From: an uncultured Acidobacteriota bacterium
Lineage (GTDB): Bacteria; Acidobacteriota; Terriglobia; UBA7540
DNA length: 64,000 nucleotides
NCBI GenBank assembly: GCA_963804995.1
Contig: CAWDSK010000003.1
Location: forward strand, 32,001-96,000
Direction of reading: 5' to 3'
This document shows, piece by piece, positions 63,076 to 64,000 of this stretch (position 1 is the first letter of the stretch; the number at the start of each line of letters is the position of its first letter). The notes under the pieces were generated by a model that was given only the letters and a program-made list of their open reading frames with translations, had not been told where the DNA came from and did no database searches. A program made the position numbers and the translations under genes.

Positions 63076-63909
63076 TTACGACGTCTTCGGCTTCCACCGA
63101 ATCTGAATGTGATCGCCCTTTAGAAATACCTTCTTGTAAACGTACTCATTTCCGTTTTTTTGATCTGCATTTGAGGCGAAGATTTCCAATCCATCGCTCG
63201 CCGTCACACGCACGGTTGGGTAGATAACGGAAGTTCCGAAAAATATGACGTAGAAGTCTTTGAGCTTCCCTTTGACCACATACTGGATATACGAAGTCAA
63301 TTCGTCATCCCTGCTCAGTATCTGCTTCTTTCCTTTCCATTCGAGCACCATTGGCTCGTCCGTGGTATGCATTGTGATGTCATTCACCGAATGTGCATAA
63401 AGTGACTTGGTCGGGGAACGTAATGAGGCATAAAGGATTCGTGCTTCGAGCGGCTCCTCAGCGTCCAGGGACTGGCAGTATCTTGCGTACTTTGCGGCGA
63501 CAATCGTTGCGTTAATCGTGATTTTGAGTTCAACCCCACCTGCAATTTGCGTTGCATCTGCAACGACAGAGACATTCTTTCTATAGACTGCATTTTCAGA
63601 AACAAACTCTTGCAGTTTAGTCCGAAGCTCGATGGGCAAATTTATCCCCAGAAGATGGTGAAATATGTCACGGGCTGCGTCTTCTTGAAGTTTGCGCTTC
63701 AGATGGATGTCCACGCTCAGACTCAGAACGCCGGCGATCAGAAGCGCCTCACTTAATCTCAGCCCTAACTCACTGGGGCATTTCCATACTCCCCATACGC
63801 CAAAAAAGGTTAGGAAGATTCCTATAATGAAAACAGAATGCTGTTCCCACCTCCTTACAATTCTCATCCGGAATTCCGCCACAGGTTGCTCCTCTCGCCG
63901 GGAGCCCAT
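63076..63909 (-). CDS. Hypothetical protein with two N-terminal TM helices (low GC)
   Basis: 277-aa ORF; two hydrophobic segments followed by a beta-rich soluble domain. Confidence 0.65.
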   Translation of the reverse strand: MGSRREEQPVAEFRMRIVRRWEQHSVFIIGIFLTFFGVWGVWKCPSELGLRLSEALLIAGVLSLSVDIHLKRKLQEDAARDIFHHLLGINLPIELRTKLQEFVSENAVYRKNVSVVADATQIAGGVELKITINATIVAAKYARYCQSLDAEEPLEARILYASLRSPTKSLYAHSVNDITMHTTDEPMVLEWKGKKQILSRDDELTSYIQYVVKGKLKDFYVIFFGTSVIYPTVRVTASDGLEIFASNADQKNGNEYVYKKVFLKGDHIQIRWKPKTS

Positions 63910-64000
63910 CCCAATAGCGTCCTCGAAAAGAAGTTAAACTTCTGGCTCGCGTGGCGTTGTGGGTTAGTAGCAAGACTCATTATGCACCTCCTGTAAGCAA

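Noticed and set aside
60030..64000. Classical integron with attC sites
   Set aside because: No convincing RYYYAAC...GTTRRRY paired sites, genes lie on both strands, and the only tyrosine recombinase in the window is a typical XerD.

Overview
GC-rich bacterial chromosomal window. Gene content (Oar-type TonB-dependent receptors, bshC, hrcA-grpE-dnaJ without dnaK) suggests Acidobacteria/Terriglobia; this is an inference. The backbone is housekeeping: M61 peptidase, dapF, mtnP, mce/meaB, ltaE, hemW, class II aldolase, bshC, carAB, lepB, dnaJ/grpE/hrcA, CCA-type nucleotidyltransferase, xerD, lpxD. A dense non-coding mobilome is superimposed on it. (1) An ORF-less ~758-nt group II intron is inserted precisely into the GTAG foot of a REP doublet, with a matching candidate EBS1, and an empty copy of the same target lies 2.3 kb away. 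(2) Four tiny MITEs have IS-like terminal inverted repeats and target duplications but carry only REP hairpins; one sits in frame inside a membrane-protein gene. (3) A TonB-dependent receptor locus has been hit three times: IS1182 between promoter and gene, IS5 in the ORF, and an upstream paralogue shrunk to ~1 kb by serial deletions. (4) A REP-punctuated array of toxin-antitoxin modules and low-GC orphan genes occupies the right end. There is also a DEAD helicase / RpoD paralogue / RRM cluster. The frameshifts and odd substitutions in conserved genes cluster at TCGA/CTCGAC, which looks like a methylation-driven basecalling footprint rather than real pseudogenes.
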